From Pyrinomonadaceae bacterium (GTDB taxonomy: Bacteria; Acidobacteriota; Blastocatellia; Pyrinomonadales; Pyrinomonadaceae), in the NCBI GenBank assembly GCA_046313635.1, contig JBKBYA010000005.1, forward strand, positions 61,483 to 125,482: a stretch of 64,000 nucleotides of DNA. The letters are read 5' to 3'. Positions 49,793-58,743 of this stretch are shown in pieces. The notes beneath the pieces were generated by a model. The model did not search any database. It worked only from the letters and a program-made list of their open reading frames with translations, and was not told the DNA's origin. Every line of letters starts with the position of its first letter. Position 1 is the first letter of the stretch. Position numbers and translations under genes: made by a program.

Positions 49793-51664
49793 CTATCTCT
49801 GCAGCATCGCCGCGGCCTGCCGGCGCATCTCGGCCATCGACGGCCCCGACGCGTCGGAGGTTGTCGACAGGAACTCCTGAAACGCGGCGCGAGCGTCTTC
49901 TATGCGTCCCATCTCCGCGTAGAGCATCCCCAATCGCAGAAAGACCTGTTTCGATGCCGGAATGAGCTCGACGCGTGCCGCGTCGCGAGCGGCTTCGAGC
50001 TCGGCGAGCGCTTCCTGTTTTTTTCCTTGCGAGTAGAGAATGACGGCGAGCTTCTCGGTCAGAGCCGCGCGGTAGATCGGCAGACGAACCCTCGCCGATC
50101 GAAGCGAGGCTGCCGCCTCGTCCGAACGGCCGAGCGTGCTCGACGCGATCGCCTCGGCCTCGTACGCTTGAAACAGCGAATACAGATTCAAATCTCTCGA
50201 GTCCGCGTCGATGACCGACCGTGCGGCGTCGATCGCCTCCTGAGGGCGGCCGAGAGCAAGCAGCGCCCGAGCTCGGCCAACGGCGGCGGTAGCCGAGGGC
50301 CGGATCTGGATCGAACGTTCAAAGGCCGCGAGAGAAGCCTGCGCTCGCGGCTCGGCCGCACCGAGCTGCAGCCATGCGTGCGACGACCGCGGATCGATCG
50401 TGACGGCGTAGCTCCACAGCGCGAGATCGTTATGCCAGACACGGTTCATTCGCCACGTTTGAACGACCATTAACGCCCCGGCAGTAACAAGCAGCACCGA
50501 GACCGCTCTCGCCACCTCGGGCCCGCGCGACCGGGCCCACGCAAAGAGCCGCGGCACGACGACGGCCAGAAAACCGGCGAGCGGCAAGTAGAGATAACGG
50601 TCGTGTGCCAGATGTTCGGTGCTGAAGCTCGTCACATTCATCGCGGGCAAAAGCGTCAACGCGAAGAAGACGAGCGCCGGCGTGCCGCCAACTGAACCTC
50701 GAGCGAGTCGCACCAGCAGCACGACCGCGGCGGCCGATACGATCAACGGAAGAATGAAATTTTCGATCCCGATCGAGTCGACCGGCCGGACCGGCAGCGA
50801 CGGCCCGAGCCAGAGCGGAAAGAGCATCTGCCGCAGATAAAGAGAGAGTATCGCCGGTATCGACAACAGCGCCGGAACCGCCGCCGGCTGATCATCGACG
50901 GGCAAGACCATTGCACCGAGAGCTCGATAGCGGACGATCAGGAAAGCGATCGCGACGAAAACGAAAGGCAGCGTCCCCACAAACGCCCGGCGGATGCGGC
51001 CGGAGCCTGCGCCGACGCTGCCGGGCCGGTAAAAGATCAGGAAAAACAACGGCAGCGAAAACAGCGCGACTTCCTTTGAGCCGACGGCGAGAGCGAACGA
51101 CGCGGCCGAAAGGACGAGCATGATGGACCGCCGCCGATCACCGCTCGTGCCCGCCGCTGCCTCGGCATAACGACAAGCAAAGATCAGCGAGGCGAGCAGA
51201 AAGAGTCCCAACAGCAGGTCGGTGCTGCCCGAGATCCACGCGACATTCTCGACGTGTACGGGATGCACCGCGAATATCGCCCCGATGGCCGCCGCCGCCC
51301 ATTTGTCGAAGCCCATCCGCAGCAGGAGCGCGAACAGCAGTATGCAAACCGCGGCGTGCAGCAGCACGTTGCTTAAATGCCAGCCGAACGGCGACGCCCC
51401 GAAGAGGCGCCAGTTAACGATCATCCACGCCGCAAACGTCGGCCGGTAATAGTTGCTCGCGGCGATCGCCTCGCCGCCCTTGAACGCCCAGACGTCCGAC
51501 GCCAACGCCTTGCCGTACAGCTCAGACCGCTGGATCAGAGGATTCATCAGTATCTGCCGGTTATCGTCGTAGACGAACTGATTGGAGAGCGAATTTGCGA
51601 AGGCCACAAATGCGACAAGGCCGATCACGGCCGCGAGGTATCGCTCGTTGAGAGACTTGATCAT
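49793..51664 (-). CDS. TMTC-like GT-C membrane glycosyltransferase with C-terminal TPRs
   Basis: FVYDD, YYRP, HPVHVENVAWISG, SKE, DRYLYLP, then TPRs. Confidence 0.8.
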   Translation of the reverse strand: MIKSLNERYLAAVIGLVAFVAFANSLSNQFVYDDNRQILMNPLIQRSELYGKALASDVWAFKGGEAIAASNYYRPTFAAWMIVNWRLFGASPFGWHLSNVLLHAAVCILLFALLLRMGFDKWAAAAIGAIFAVHPVHVENVAWISGSTDLLLGLFLLASLIFACRYAEAAAGTSGDRRRSIMLVLSAASFALAVGSKEVALFSLPLFFLIFYRPGSVGAGSGRIRRAFVGTLPFVFVAIAFLIVRYRALGAMVLPVDDQPAAVPALLSIPAILSLYLRQMLFPLWLGPSLPVRPVDSIGIENFILPLIVSAAAVVLLVRLARGSVGGTPALVFFALTLLPAMNVTSFSTEHLAHDRYLYLPLAGFLAVVVPRLFAWARSRGPEVARAVSVLLVTAGALMVVQTWRMNRVWHNDLALWSYAVTIDPRSSHAWLQLGAAEPRAQASLAAFERSIQIRPSATAAVGRARALLALGRPQEAIDAARSVIDADSRDLNLYSLFQAYEAEAIASSTLGRSDEAAASLRSARVRLPIYRAALTEKLAVILYSQGKKQEALAELEAARDAARVELIPASKQVFLRLGMLYAEMGRIEDARAAFQEFLSTTSDASGPSMAEMRRQAAAMLQR

Positions 51665-52266
51665 ATTGCGAGGCCGGCGGAGCGTGCGGTGCGAAGCGCC
51701 GAGTCCAGCGGATCGGGATCAACCTCATCGATAAGGCCGATCCGCAGGGCCTCGCGGGCATCGACACGTCCGGCGGTAAAGAACATCTCGAGCGTTGCGG
51801 CCTCGCCGATCAGCCGCGGCAGACGCTGAGTCCCGCCCCAGCCGGTCATTATCCCGAGCTGCGCTCCCGGATGCGAAAAGACCGCATCCGGTGACGCGAC
51901 GCGCCGATCGCATGCCAGAGCAAGGTCGAGGGCACCGCCGAAACAAAAACCGTTGATCGCCGCGATCGTGATCTGCGAGAGGGCGGCGATCGTGTTCATC
52001 AGCCGCTGGCCGCGAAGGCCGAATTCCCTCGCTTCGTGCTCGCTTAGTGCAGCGATCTCGCGCAGGTCGGCACCGGAGGCAAAGCAATCTTCCTGGCCGG
52101 TAAAGATCACGCGTTCGATCGCGTCGCCCGTACGAGAGTTCAATTCGTCCAGCTTCTGCTGCACGACCTCGACCACCGCGACGCTCAGCGGGCTGCGCAT
52201 CGCAGGACGTGCGAATGTGACGACGAGAGTGTCGCCGGCTAGATCGAATAGAACGGCGTTAGACAT
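51661..52266 (-). CDS. Enoyl-CoA hydratase/isomerase family protein (short)
   Basis: FASGADL, FGGALDLALACD, GWGGTQRLPRLIG. Confidence 0.88.
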   Translation of the reverse strand: MSNAVLFDLAGDTLVVTFARPAMRSPLSVAVVEVVQQKLDELNSRTGDAIERVIFTGQEDCFASGADLREIAALSEHEAREFGLRGQRLMNTIAALSQITIAAINGFCFGGALDLALACDRRVASPDAVFSHPGAQLGIMTGWGGTQRLPRLIGEAATLEMFFTAGRVDAREALRIGLIDEVDPDPLDSALRTARSAGLAI

Positions 52267-52294
52267 CTCGCGCATCGGTCTCAATAATAAAGCT

Positions 52295-52912
52295 ATGTTC
52301 AGGACCGACAAAGCACATCCATGGCACGGCATCCCCATCGGCGACGCGGCTCCCGACGAAGTAACGGTCTTTGTCGAGATCGTCCCGCGAGACACCGTCA
52401 AGTACGAGGTCGACAAAGAGACGGGATATCTCAAGATCGATCGGCCGCAGCAGTACTCGAATGTCGTTCCGGCAAACTACGGCTTTATCCCCCAGACCTT
52501 CTGCTCGGAGGCTGTCGCCGACCTCGCTCGCGCCAAGACCGACAAGACCATCAGCTCGGGCGACGGCGACCCGCTCGACATACTCGTGCTGAGCGAGCAT
52601 CACATTCCGCGCGGCGACATCATCCTCAAGGCGCGGCCGATCGGCGGCTTTTGCCTGATCGACGACAACGAGGCCGACGACAAGATCATCGCCGTGCTCA
52701 AGGGCGACAAGGTCTTTGAGCAGTATCGCGAGATCGCCGAGCTGCCGCGAGGCATACTTGAGCGGTTTGAGCATTACTTTCTCACCTACAAGTCGCTGCC
52801 CGACGAGCCAAACGTCTGCGAGATCGCGTACTCCTACGGGCGCGAGGCCTCGTACGACGTGATCCGTGCAGCTATTGCGGATTACGCCGAGCTTGTCGGC
52901 AAATTGAAATGA
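52295..52912 (+). CDS. ppa: Inorganic pyrophosphatase (family I)
   Basis: HPWHG, VKYEVDK, YGFIPQT, GDGDPLD, DDKII. Confidence 0.95.
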   Translation: MFRTDKAHPWHGIPIGDAAPDEVTVFVEIVPRDTVKYEVDKETGYLKIDRPQQYSNVVPANYGFIPQTFCSEAVADLARAKTDKTISSGDGDPLDILVLSEHHIPRGDIILKARPIGGFCLIDDNEADDKIIAVLKGDKVFEQYREIAELPRGILERFEHYFLTYKSLPDEPNVCEIAYSYGREASYDVIRAAIADYAELVGKLK

Positions 52913-53246
52913 AGCAGAAATGCCGATCGAACGTACCTTATCGTGCCGGCGGTGCGTCCGCCCTCGGTCGCCGGCAGGCGTCCAGGGCTCGCCTTCGAAA
53001 GCAAACCCATGGCCTCGAATAAAAGATATTCTCGGCGTGCGGGAGTTTTCTATTGCTTTGGCCGACGGCATCGGTTAGCATCTTTTTCATCATTAGCGTA
53101 GCTTTGGGCGAATACGACCAATACTAATTCTCACTGTCGATAGATTCTCACTCGTTTCGCCCGCCCCTCTACGGCAATTTCCCCAATACGGCCTTATAAC
53201 CGGCGGGTTAAAGCCGGCATTTCAACTCAAGGAGAGTTACCGTTCG

Positions 53247-54866
53247 ATGTTAAGAAGGTTTGCCAATCTGGCCGCGGCCGTCTTTGCCGTGGCTGCCGTG
53301 TTTATATTTTCTTCTCCCGCGGTGGTCGGCCAAACGACCAGGACCAAAGCTATGCAGGCTGAAGCCGGCGCTCGCGGATTCCTCACCCGGTCAGGCATCG
53401 CCTCTGATCGTCTAGCTGCGCGTGCGGCCATCGTCGATGAGACTGGCAGCCACGTTCGGTTTTCTCAGCTGATAAACGGGATCCGCGTCTACGGCGGCGA
53501 CCTGATCACTCACCAGAGCGTCAGCGGAAAGTTCGCGAGCACGACCGGCGAACTTTACCGCGGCGAAGTTCCGCCGTCGATCGCGTCATTCGACTTTACG
53601 CAGGCTGAGGCATTTGCCGCCCGCGAAATGTGGGACGCGACTTCGGTCAGCGCAGAGCTCGTCTATTATCCGCAAGGCGTCAAACTCGTACTCGCATATA
53701 TGGTCGATATCTCGAATACCGACCGCAACACAAACGATCCGCGCCGCGAGATGGTCGTGCTCGACGCATTCACGGGCGAGGTTATCGATCGCTGGAACAA
53801 TCTACAGACGGCATCAGCTCTCGGCACGGGATACGGATTTTACGCGGGCCAGGTCACCAACTTTGCGATCGACAACACATCGGGCACCTACTACATGTTC
53901 GATGTGCCGAATAACGGCAAAACGACCGACTATGCAAACAAGTCCTGCCCCGTCACCGGCTGCCGTTCGACGGGTACGGTCTTCTCGTCGTCGGACAACA
54001 TCTTCGGAACTAACGGCGCCCTTTCAGATCGTCAGTCGATCGGCGTCGACGCTCACTATTTCGCGGCCCTGACGCTGTCGTATTACCTCAACACATTCGG
54101 CCGAAACGGCATCGACAACGCCAACAACAAGAATCTGAAGTTCGGCTACATGGTCTCACGCACCCACTACGGCAATAGTTACAATAATGCCTACTGGGAT
54201 GGCGCTTCGATGACTTACGGCGACGGCGACGGTACTACGTACCGGCCTTTCGACGCTTTGGACGTGGTCGGCCACGAGATGACGCACGGCATAACCGAGC
54301 GGACCTCGAACCTTCAGTACTCCAACGAGTCCGGCGCGGCGAATGAATCGTTCTCCGACATCTTCGGCGTCACGATCGAGTGGAAGGCGGGCACGCTCAC
54401 CGGCGCGGGCGGCACGAGCTACCCGGCGGACTGGTGGATCGGTGAGGACCTTTACTACTCGAACAATCCTTCAAACCCGACGCGCGGCATCCGCAACATG
54501 GCCAACACGCATCAGGAGGGCGATCCCGATCACTACAGCGAGCGTTACACCGGCACCGGCGACAATGGCGGTGTGCATACGAATAGCGGCATTCAGAACT
54601 TTCTCTTCTACATGCTCGCTCAAGCAGACGGCACGTTTACGCCGCACCACCTCGGAGGCGGCGGCACGGGTATCGGCCTCGACGCCGCGGCAGCGGTCGC
54701 TTACGATGCAGACACCAAGTACTGCCGATCGACCGATACCTATGCAAAGGTCGCAGGAGCTTGGGTCAGCGCCGCCAAGGCGCGCTTCGGCGCCGGATCG
54801 GTACAGGCAAACCGCGTATACAGCGCATGGCAGACCGTCGGAGTGACCCCTTCGGTCACACCGTAA
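53247..54866 (+). CDS. M4 family (thermolysin-like) metalloprotease precursor
   Basis: Signal and propeptide, NNAYWDG, HEMTH, NESFSD, GGVHTNSG. Confidence 0.95.
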   Translation: MLRRFANLAAAVFAVAAVFIFSSPAVVGQTTRTKAMQAEAGARGFLTRSGIASDRLAARAAIVDETGSHVRFSQLINGIRVYGGDLITHQSVSGKFASTTGELYRGEVPPSIASFDFTQAEAFAAREMWDATSVSAELVYYPQGVKLVLAYMVDISNTDRNTNDPRREMVVLDAFTGEVIDRWNNLQTASALGTGYGFYAGQVTNFAIDNTSGTYYMFDVPNNGKTTDYANKSCPVTGCRSTGTVFSSSDNIFGTNGALSDRQSIGVDAHYFAALTLSYYLNTFGRNGIDNANNKNLKFGYMVSRTHYGNSYNNAYWDGASMTYGDGDGTTYRPFDALDVVGHEMTHGITERTSNLQYSNESGAANESFSDIFGVTIEWKAGTLTGAGGTSYPADWWIGEDLYYSNNPSNPTRGIRNMANTHQEGDPDHYSERYTGTGDNGGVHTNSGIQNFLFYMLAQADGTFTPHHLGGGGTGIGLDAAAAVAYDADTKYCRSTDTYAKVAGAWVSAAKARFGAGSVQANRVYSAWQTVGVTPSVTP

Positions 54867-54890
54867 AATGGAGCTGATCGACTCGCGAAT

Positions 54891-54919
54891 GGTGTCGCCT
54901 CAACGGCGGCACCTTTTTA
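54891..54919 (+). terminator. Intrinsic terminator of the M4 protease gene
   Basis: GGTGTCGCC/GGCGGCACC hairpin plus TTTTT. Confidence 0.75.
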
Positions 54920-54936
54920 TTGCGCATTTATTGCGC

Positions 54937-55057
54937 AAAAAAAGACTCCAGCAGCGGCCCCCATTCCGCCACCGGAGTCCTTGATGGATGACACCCCCGG
55001 CCCCCATTCCGAGGGTATCGGTGCCGGTTACGACAGCAGGGCGCTGCCTAGTCCGAC
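54937..55057 (-). ncRNA. Candidate small RNA B (three hairpins, two AAUGGGGG loops, U7 tail)
   Basis: Own promoter; stems close with G-U pairs only on the minus strand; ends in hairpin plus T7. Confidence 0.7.
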
Positions 55058-55064
55058 GAAGAAA

Positions 55065-55093
55065 ACAATAGCCTTTGTCTTAACGCGGGTCAA
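55065..55093 (-). promoter_or_regulatory. Sigma70-type promoter of sRNA B
   Basis: TTGACC-17 nt-TATTGT. Confidence 0.65.
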
Positions 55094-55146
55094 GTTGAGC
55101 CGCGGCGGCGCCCAGGACGTCCGCAGAAGAACGCCCTGAAACGCCG

Positions 55147-55269
55147 AAAAAAAACTCCGGTCACGTCTCCCACACCATGACCGGAGCCATTTGATTCCTC
55201 CGACGGCCCCCATTCCGCCGGAGGAATTACTACTTTTGCCGAAGCTCCGTCCGGCGACGTCCCTTCGAC
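55147..55269 (-). ncRNA. Candidate small RNA A (three hairpins, loops AAUGGGGG and GUGUGGGAGA, U8 tail)
   Basis: Same architecture and length as sRNA B, with its own promoter and terminator. Confidence 0.7.
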
Positions 55270-55275
55270 CCTCGG

Positions 55276-55305
55276 AAGATACTTCAGTCTTGGCGGGCCG
55301 GTCAA
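55276..55305 (-). promoter_or_regulatory. Sigma70-type promoter of sRNA A
   Basis: TTGACC-18 nt-TATCTT. Confidence 0.6.
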
Positions 55306-55527
55306 GCGAAGCTCAAGATCTTAACCCCGGACGGCGACAGATCGATCCGCTGCACATCCGTCATCGGCACATTCATTGCACTCGGGCCTTGGGGGACAGC
55401 TCAGGACGCCGATTTCGTACGGAGAAAAAACGAAATCTGTCCTGAAACTTTAACAACGCGGCCCCGCCCTCGGCGGGACGGAGGGGTTTTGCTGTTTTCC
55501 GAAAAGATCGAGCACGGGGGAATTACA

Positions 55528-56720
55528 ATGAGGGTTTTTGAAACGCTTATCTGTGTGCTCCTGCTTACCCCATTAAGCTTGATGGCACAAGTATCGGATC
55601 ATCCGGCCGGAAGCGGCGGAATTATAAACTACGGCGGCGACGGTTCACGTCTGCCGGATTACAATCTTCGTTACGGCGCCGTTTATGTCATGACCAATCG
55701 TGAACAGAACGGCGTTTTGGCGCTCGCCCGCGAACCGGGCGGCTTTCTGATGCCGGTCGGCCATTTCTCTACCGGCGGTGCCGGAGACCCGACCGTCCGG
55801 CAGGCAGGCGAGACGCTGTACGACCCGCTTGCGTCGCAGCGGTCGCTTGTCATGGCCGACGATCATTCCCTTTTGATCGCCTGCAACGCCGGCGACAATA
55901 CGATAACTGTCTTCCGGATCGGAACTCGCCCTGACGCGCCTGCAGGTCATCGGCTCGGGCGGCAAACGCCCCGTGAGCGTAGCGGTCCGCGACAATATGG
56001 CGTACGTCCTCAACGAGGGCGAGACCGCGACACTCGCAGGATTTCGGATCGGTGAGGACGGCTTGCTCACGCCGCTCGAGAATGGCGTCACGGCGGTCGA
56101 TACGGGCCTTGCGATCGACGCCGGACAGCTTGCCTTCAGTCCTGACGGCTCATCGCTCTTGCTGACGGACAAGGCCAACGATCTGATCTACTCGTTCGCC
56201 GTGGACATCAACGGCCGCATCGGCGCGGTCGCAAAGATCCGCTCGGCCGGCAAGACACCCTTCGGCTTTGCATTTGACTGGACGGGCGATCTGTATGTCG
56301 CGGAGGCCTTCGGCGCGGAACCGCTTAAAGCGGCGACCTCGTCGTACAAGAGTGGGGGGACCTGGATCGCTTGGGGCCGTGACCGTCTCTGCCTCGGCCA
56401 AAGGGACGCGGGCCTGCTGCATCGCTCTAAGCCGCGACGAGCGCTACGCCTATGTGCTCAATTCGTCGAGCTCGACCATTTCGAGCTACGCCGTTAGCGG
56501 CGACGGCTCACTCCACCTGATCGACCCGGAGGCCGCGATTCTGGACGCGGGAGCATTCGGCGTTGCGCTCGCGACGACACCCGACGGACGCCTGCTCTAC
56601 GCGCTCGACAGCGCCGGTCACAGCCTCTTCGTCTTTCGGGTCGAGGGCAGCGGGAGGCTGGATCGGGTAGATAGATTTGTCGTGCTGCCCGAGGGTATGC
56701 AGGGGCTGGCCGTGCGCTGA
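55528..56720 (+). pseudogene. Lactonase-family beta-propeller protein split over three frames (pseudogene or sequence error)
   Basis: VYVMTN, STGGAG, NAGDNTITVF, then SGGKRPVSVAV, FSPDG, PFGFAF, then SRDERYAYV, TPDGRLLYA; breaks near 55920 and 56355. Confidence 0.75.
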
Positions 56721-56731
56721 AGCGGACGAAG

Positions 56732-56989
56732 CTATTTCTCGAGATCCTCGGTGATCGGCGCCGTCCGGGCGGCGTCCTGGACCTCGGTCAAATGTCGCGT
56801 CGTGGTCTCGGTCACGCTCGGCCCGGGCCCGCCGAGCCTCAGGGCCCCTCCGCGACCGGCGAGACGCTCCGGCGGACGATATTCGGCAGCGTAACGCTGG
56901 GGCCGTTCGGCTTCGGCCCTTTCGGTTAGCACGCCGACCGCGGGACGCAAACTCTTCGGGGGCCGGCCGGCCTCCGCTTTAAATGCCAT
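56732..56989 (-). CDS. Short ORF or remnant carrying the SVTExTTRxL motif
   Basis: ATG overlaps the carboxyltransferase end; contains PSVTETTTRHL, matching the tails at 11775-12895. Confidence 0.45.
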   Translation of the reverse strand: MAFKAEAGRPPKSLRPAVGVLTERAEAERPQRYAAEYRPPERLAGRGGALRLGGPGPSVTETTTRHLTEVQDAARTAPITEDLEK

Positions 56990-58667
56990 GAGGCAGGACG
57001 AACGGCCCGATGTGGGGCTGGTCGGTGTTGAGACACGTCTCGAGCGCAAGGACCAGGGCCGGCCGGGTGTCTTCAGGCGCGACGATGGCGTCGACGAGGC
57101 CGCGGGCGGCGGCGTGTTTCGCGTCGAGTTCGCGGTCGTAGGTTTGGCGGACCTTTTCCATCTCGGCGAGGAGCGCTTCGTCGGGCTCGCGGCCTTCTTT
57201 TTTAAGCCGCTCGAGCTGCGTTCCAAAGATCGCCTGCACGGCCGAGTCACCCTCCATCACGCCCATTCGCCCGGTCGGCAGCGTGAAGATAAAATCCGGA
57301 TCGAAGCCCTGGCCCGCCATCGCGTAGTAGCCGGCACCCGAAGCGTGATTGACCGTCAGCACGATCTTAGGCACGACGGCCGTCGCCATCGCTTCGACAA
57401 AGCGGGCTCCGGCACGGATGATGCCGCTGTGCTCGGCCTCGGCCCCGACCATGAATCCCGACACGTCCTGCACAAACAGCAGAGGCGTCTGATGACGATT
57501 GCAGTTCTCGATAAAATACGCCGTCTTCTCGGCCGACTCCGTGTAAACGATCCCGCCAAATCGCGGCGGCGAGCCGGGCTTTGCGCTCTTTGACATCCCG
57601 CGCGAATTGGCGATCACGCCGACAAGTATGCCGCCCACACGCGCCGTACCGCAGATCATCTCCTGCGCGTAGTCGGCCTGGAATTCGTCGAGCGTTCCCG
57701 CGTCCAGAATGCAGTCGAGCACCGCCCGCATGTCATACGGAGCGCGGTGATCCTCGGGAAGCAAATCGTAGAGCGGGCTCGTGTCAGTAGCCCGGACATC
57801 AGTAGCCCGCACGTCAGTTAGGGCTCCTGTTGGAGGCGTTGAGCCCTTACTTACGTGCGGGCTACCGACACTCGAGCCAGTCACACGCGGCAACTCGGCA
57901 ACTAACTGCCGGATCTTCTTGATGCATTCCTCGTCATTCGCCGTTCGATAATGCGCTACGCCGGAGATCGCGTTGTGCGTCATCGCTCCGCCTAAAGTCT
58001 CATTGTCGATCGTCTGTCCGGTCGCGCCTTTGACGAGATTGGCTCCGCCGAGGCCCATGAACGACGTTCCTTCGACCATCAGGATCACATCCGACAGCGC
58101 CGGCAGGTACGCGCCGCCCGCGACGCACATCCCCATCACGGCCGCGATCTGCGGCACCTTGAGATAGCGACGCATCAGCGAGTTGTAGTAAAAGATGCGT
58201 GCCGCGCCGTACTGGCCCGGAAAGACGCCGCCCTGATACGGCAGATTGACGCCCGCCGAATCGACGAGATAAATGATCGGCACGCGATTACGCATCGCGA
58301 TCTCCTGCGCGCGCAGGATCTTTTTGATCGTCTCGGGATACCACGCGCCGGCCTTGATGGTCGCGTCGTTTGCCACGACGACGCACTCGCGGCCCTCGAT
58401 CTTGCCCACAAGGGTCACGACCGCCGCCGCCGGAGCCTGACCGTTGTACTCGTCGTACGCGACAAACAGACCGATCTCCTGAGAGAAAGTGTCCTTGTCG
58501 AGGAGCAGCGCGATGCGCTCGCGGGCGGTGAGCTTGCCTTGCTTGTGAATGCGATCGATCTTTTCGCGGCCGCCGCCGAGCTTGAGCTGCTCCTCGAGCA
58601 GGCGAAACTCGTCGGTCAAGGCGCGCAAACGCGACTTAGGGCTTGAAGATGTGCTTGAAATTTTCAC
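56979..58667 (-). CDS. Acyl-CoA carboxylase carboxyltransferase subunit (LiuB/AtuC-like)
   Basis: GKLTARERI, ANDATIKAG, VDSAG, AGGAYLP, QDVSGFMVG, GAGYYAM. Confidence 0.93.
   Translation of the reverse strand: MKISSTSSSPKSRLRALTDEFRLLEEQLKLGGGREKIDRIHKQGKLTARERIALLLDKDTFSQEIGLFVAYDEYNGQAPAAAVVTLVGKIEGRECVVVANDATIKAGAWYPETIKKILRAQEIAMRNRVPIIYLVDSAGVNLPYQGGVFPGQYGAARIFYYNSLMRRYLKVPQIAAVMGMCVAGGAYLPALSDVILMVEGTSFMGLGGANLVKGATGQTIDNETLGGAMTHNAISGVAHYRTANDEECIKKIRQLVAELPRVTGSSVGSPHVSKGSTPPTGALTDVRATDVRATDTSPLYDLLPEDHRAPYDMRAVLDCILDAGTLDEFQADYAQEMICGTARVGGILVGVIANSRGMSKSAKPGSPPRFGGIVYTESAEKTAYFIENCNRHQTPLLFVQDVSGFMVGAEAEHSGIIRAGARFVEAMATAVVPKIVLTVNHASGAGYYAMAGQGFDPDFIFTLPTGRMGVMEGDSAVQAIFGTQLERLKKEGREPDEALLAEMEKVRQTYDRELDAKHAAARGLVDAIVAPEDTRPALVLALETCLNTDQPHIGPFVLPHGI
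57781..57871. repeat. GTAG-type REP doublet inside the carboxyltransferase CDS
   Basis: Arms 57799-57826 and 57841-57868 are 25/28 inverted-identical (GTAGCCCGCACGTnAGTnAGGGC); extra 15-bp partial copy at the left end. Confidence 0.82.
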
Positions 58668-58743
58668 GTTCCAGATGAGCGACCTCAGGCCGCAATGAGA
58701 TCTCGTCGGACGAGCCTGACTTCCGGGCCCGTCATTTACCGTA

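Noticed and set aside
52913..53246. Structured leader or riboswitch before the M4 protease
   Set aside because: Only short GC hairpins; no consensus I can support.
54916..54937. 11-bp tandem duplication TTTATTGCGCA
   Set aside because: Adjacent copies between two terminators, not flanking an element, so not supportable as a target-site duplication.
54944..55227. Repeated GGCCCCCATTCCG as a CRISPR array
   Set aside because: Only three 13-nt copies with irregular spacing, each being a hairpin loop; no cas genes. Better explained as sRNA loops.
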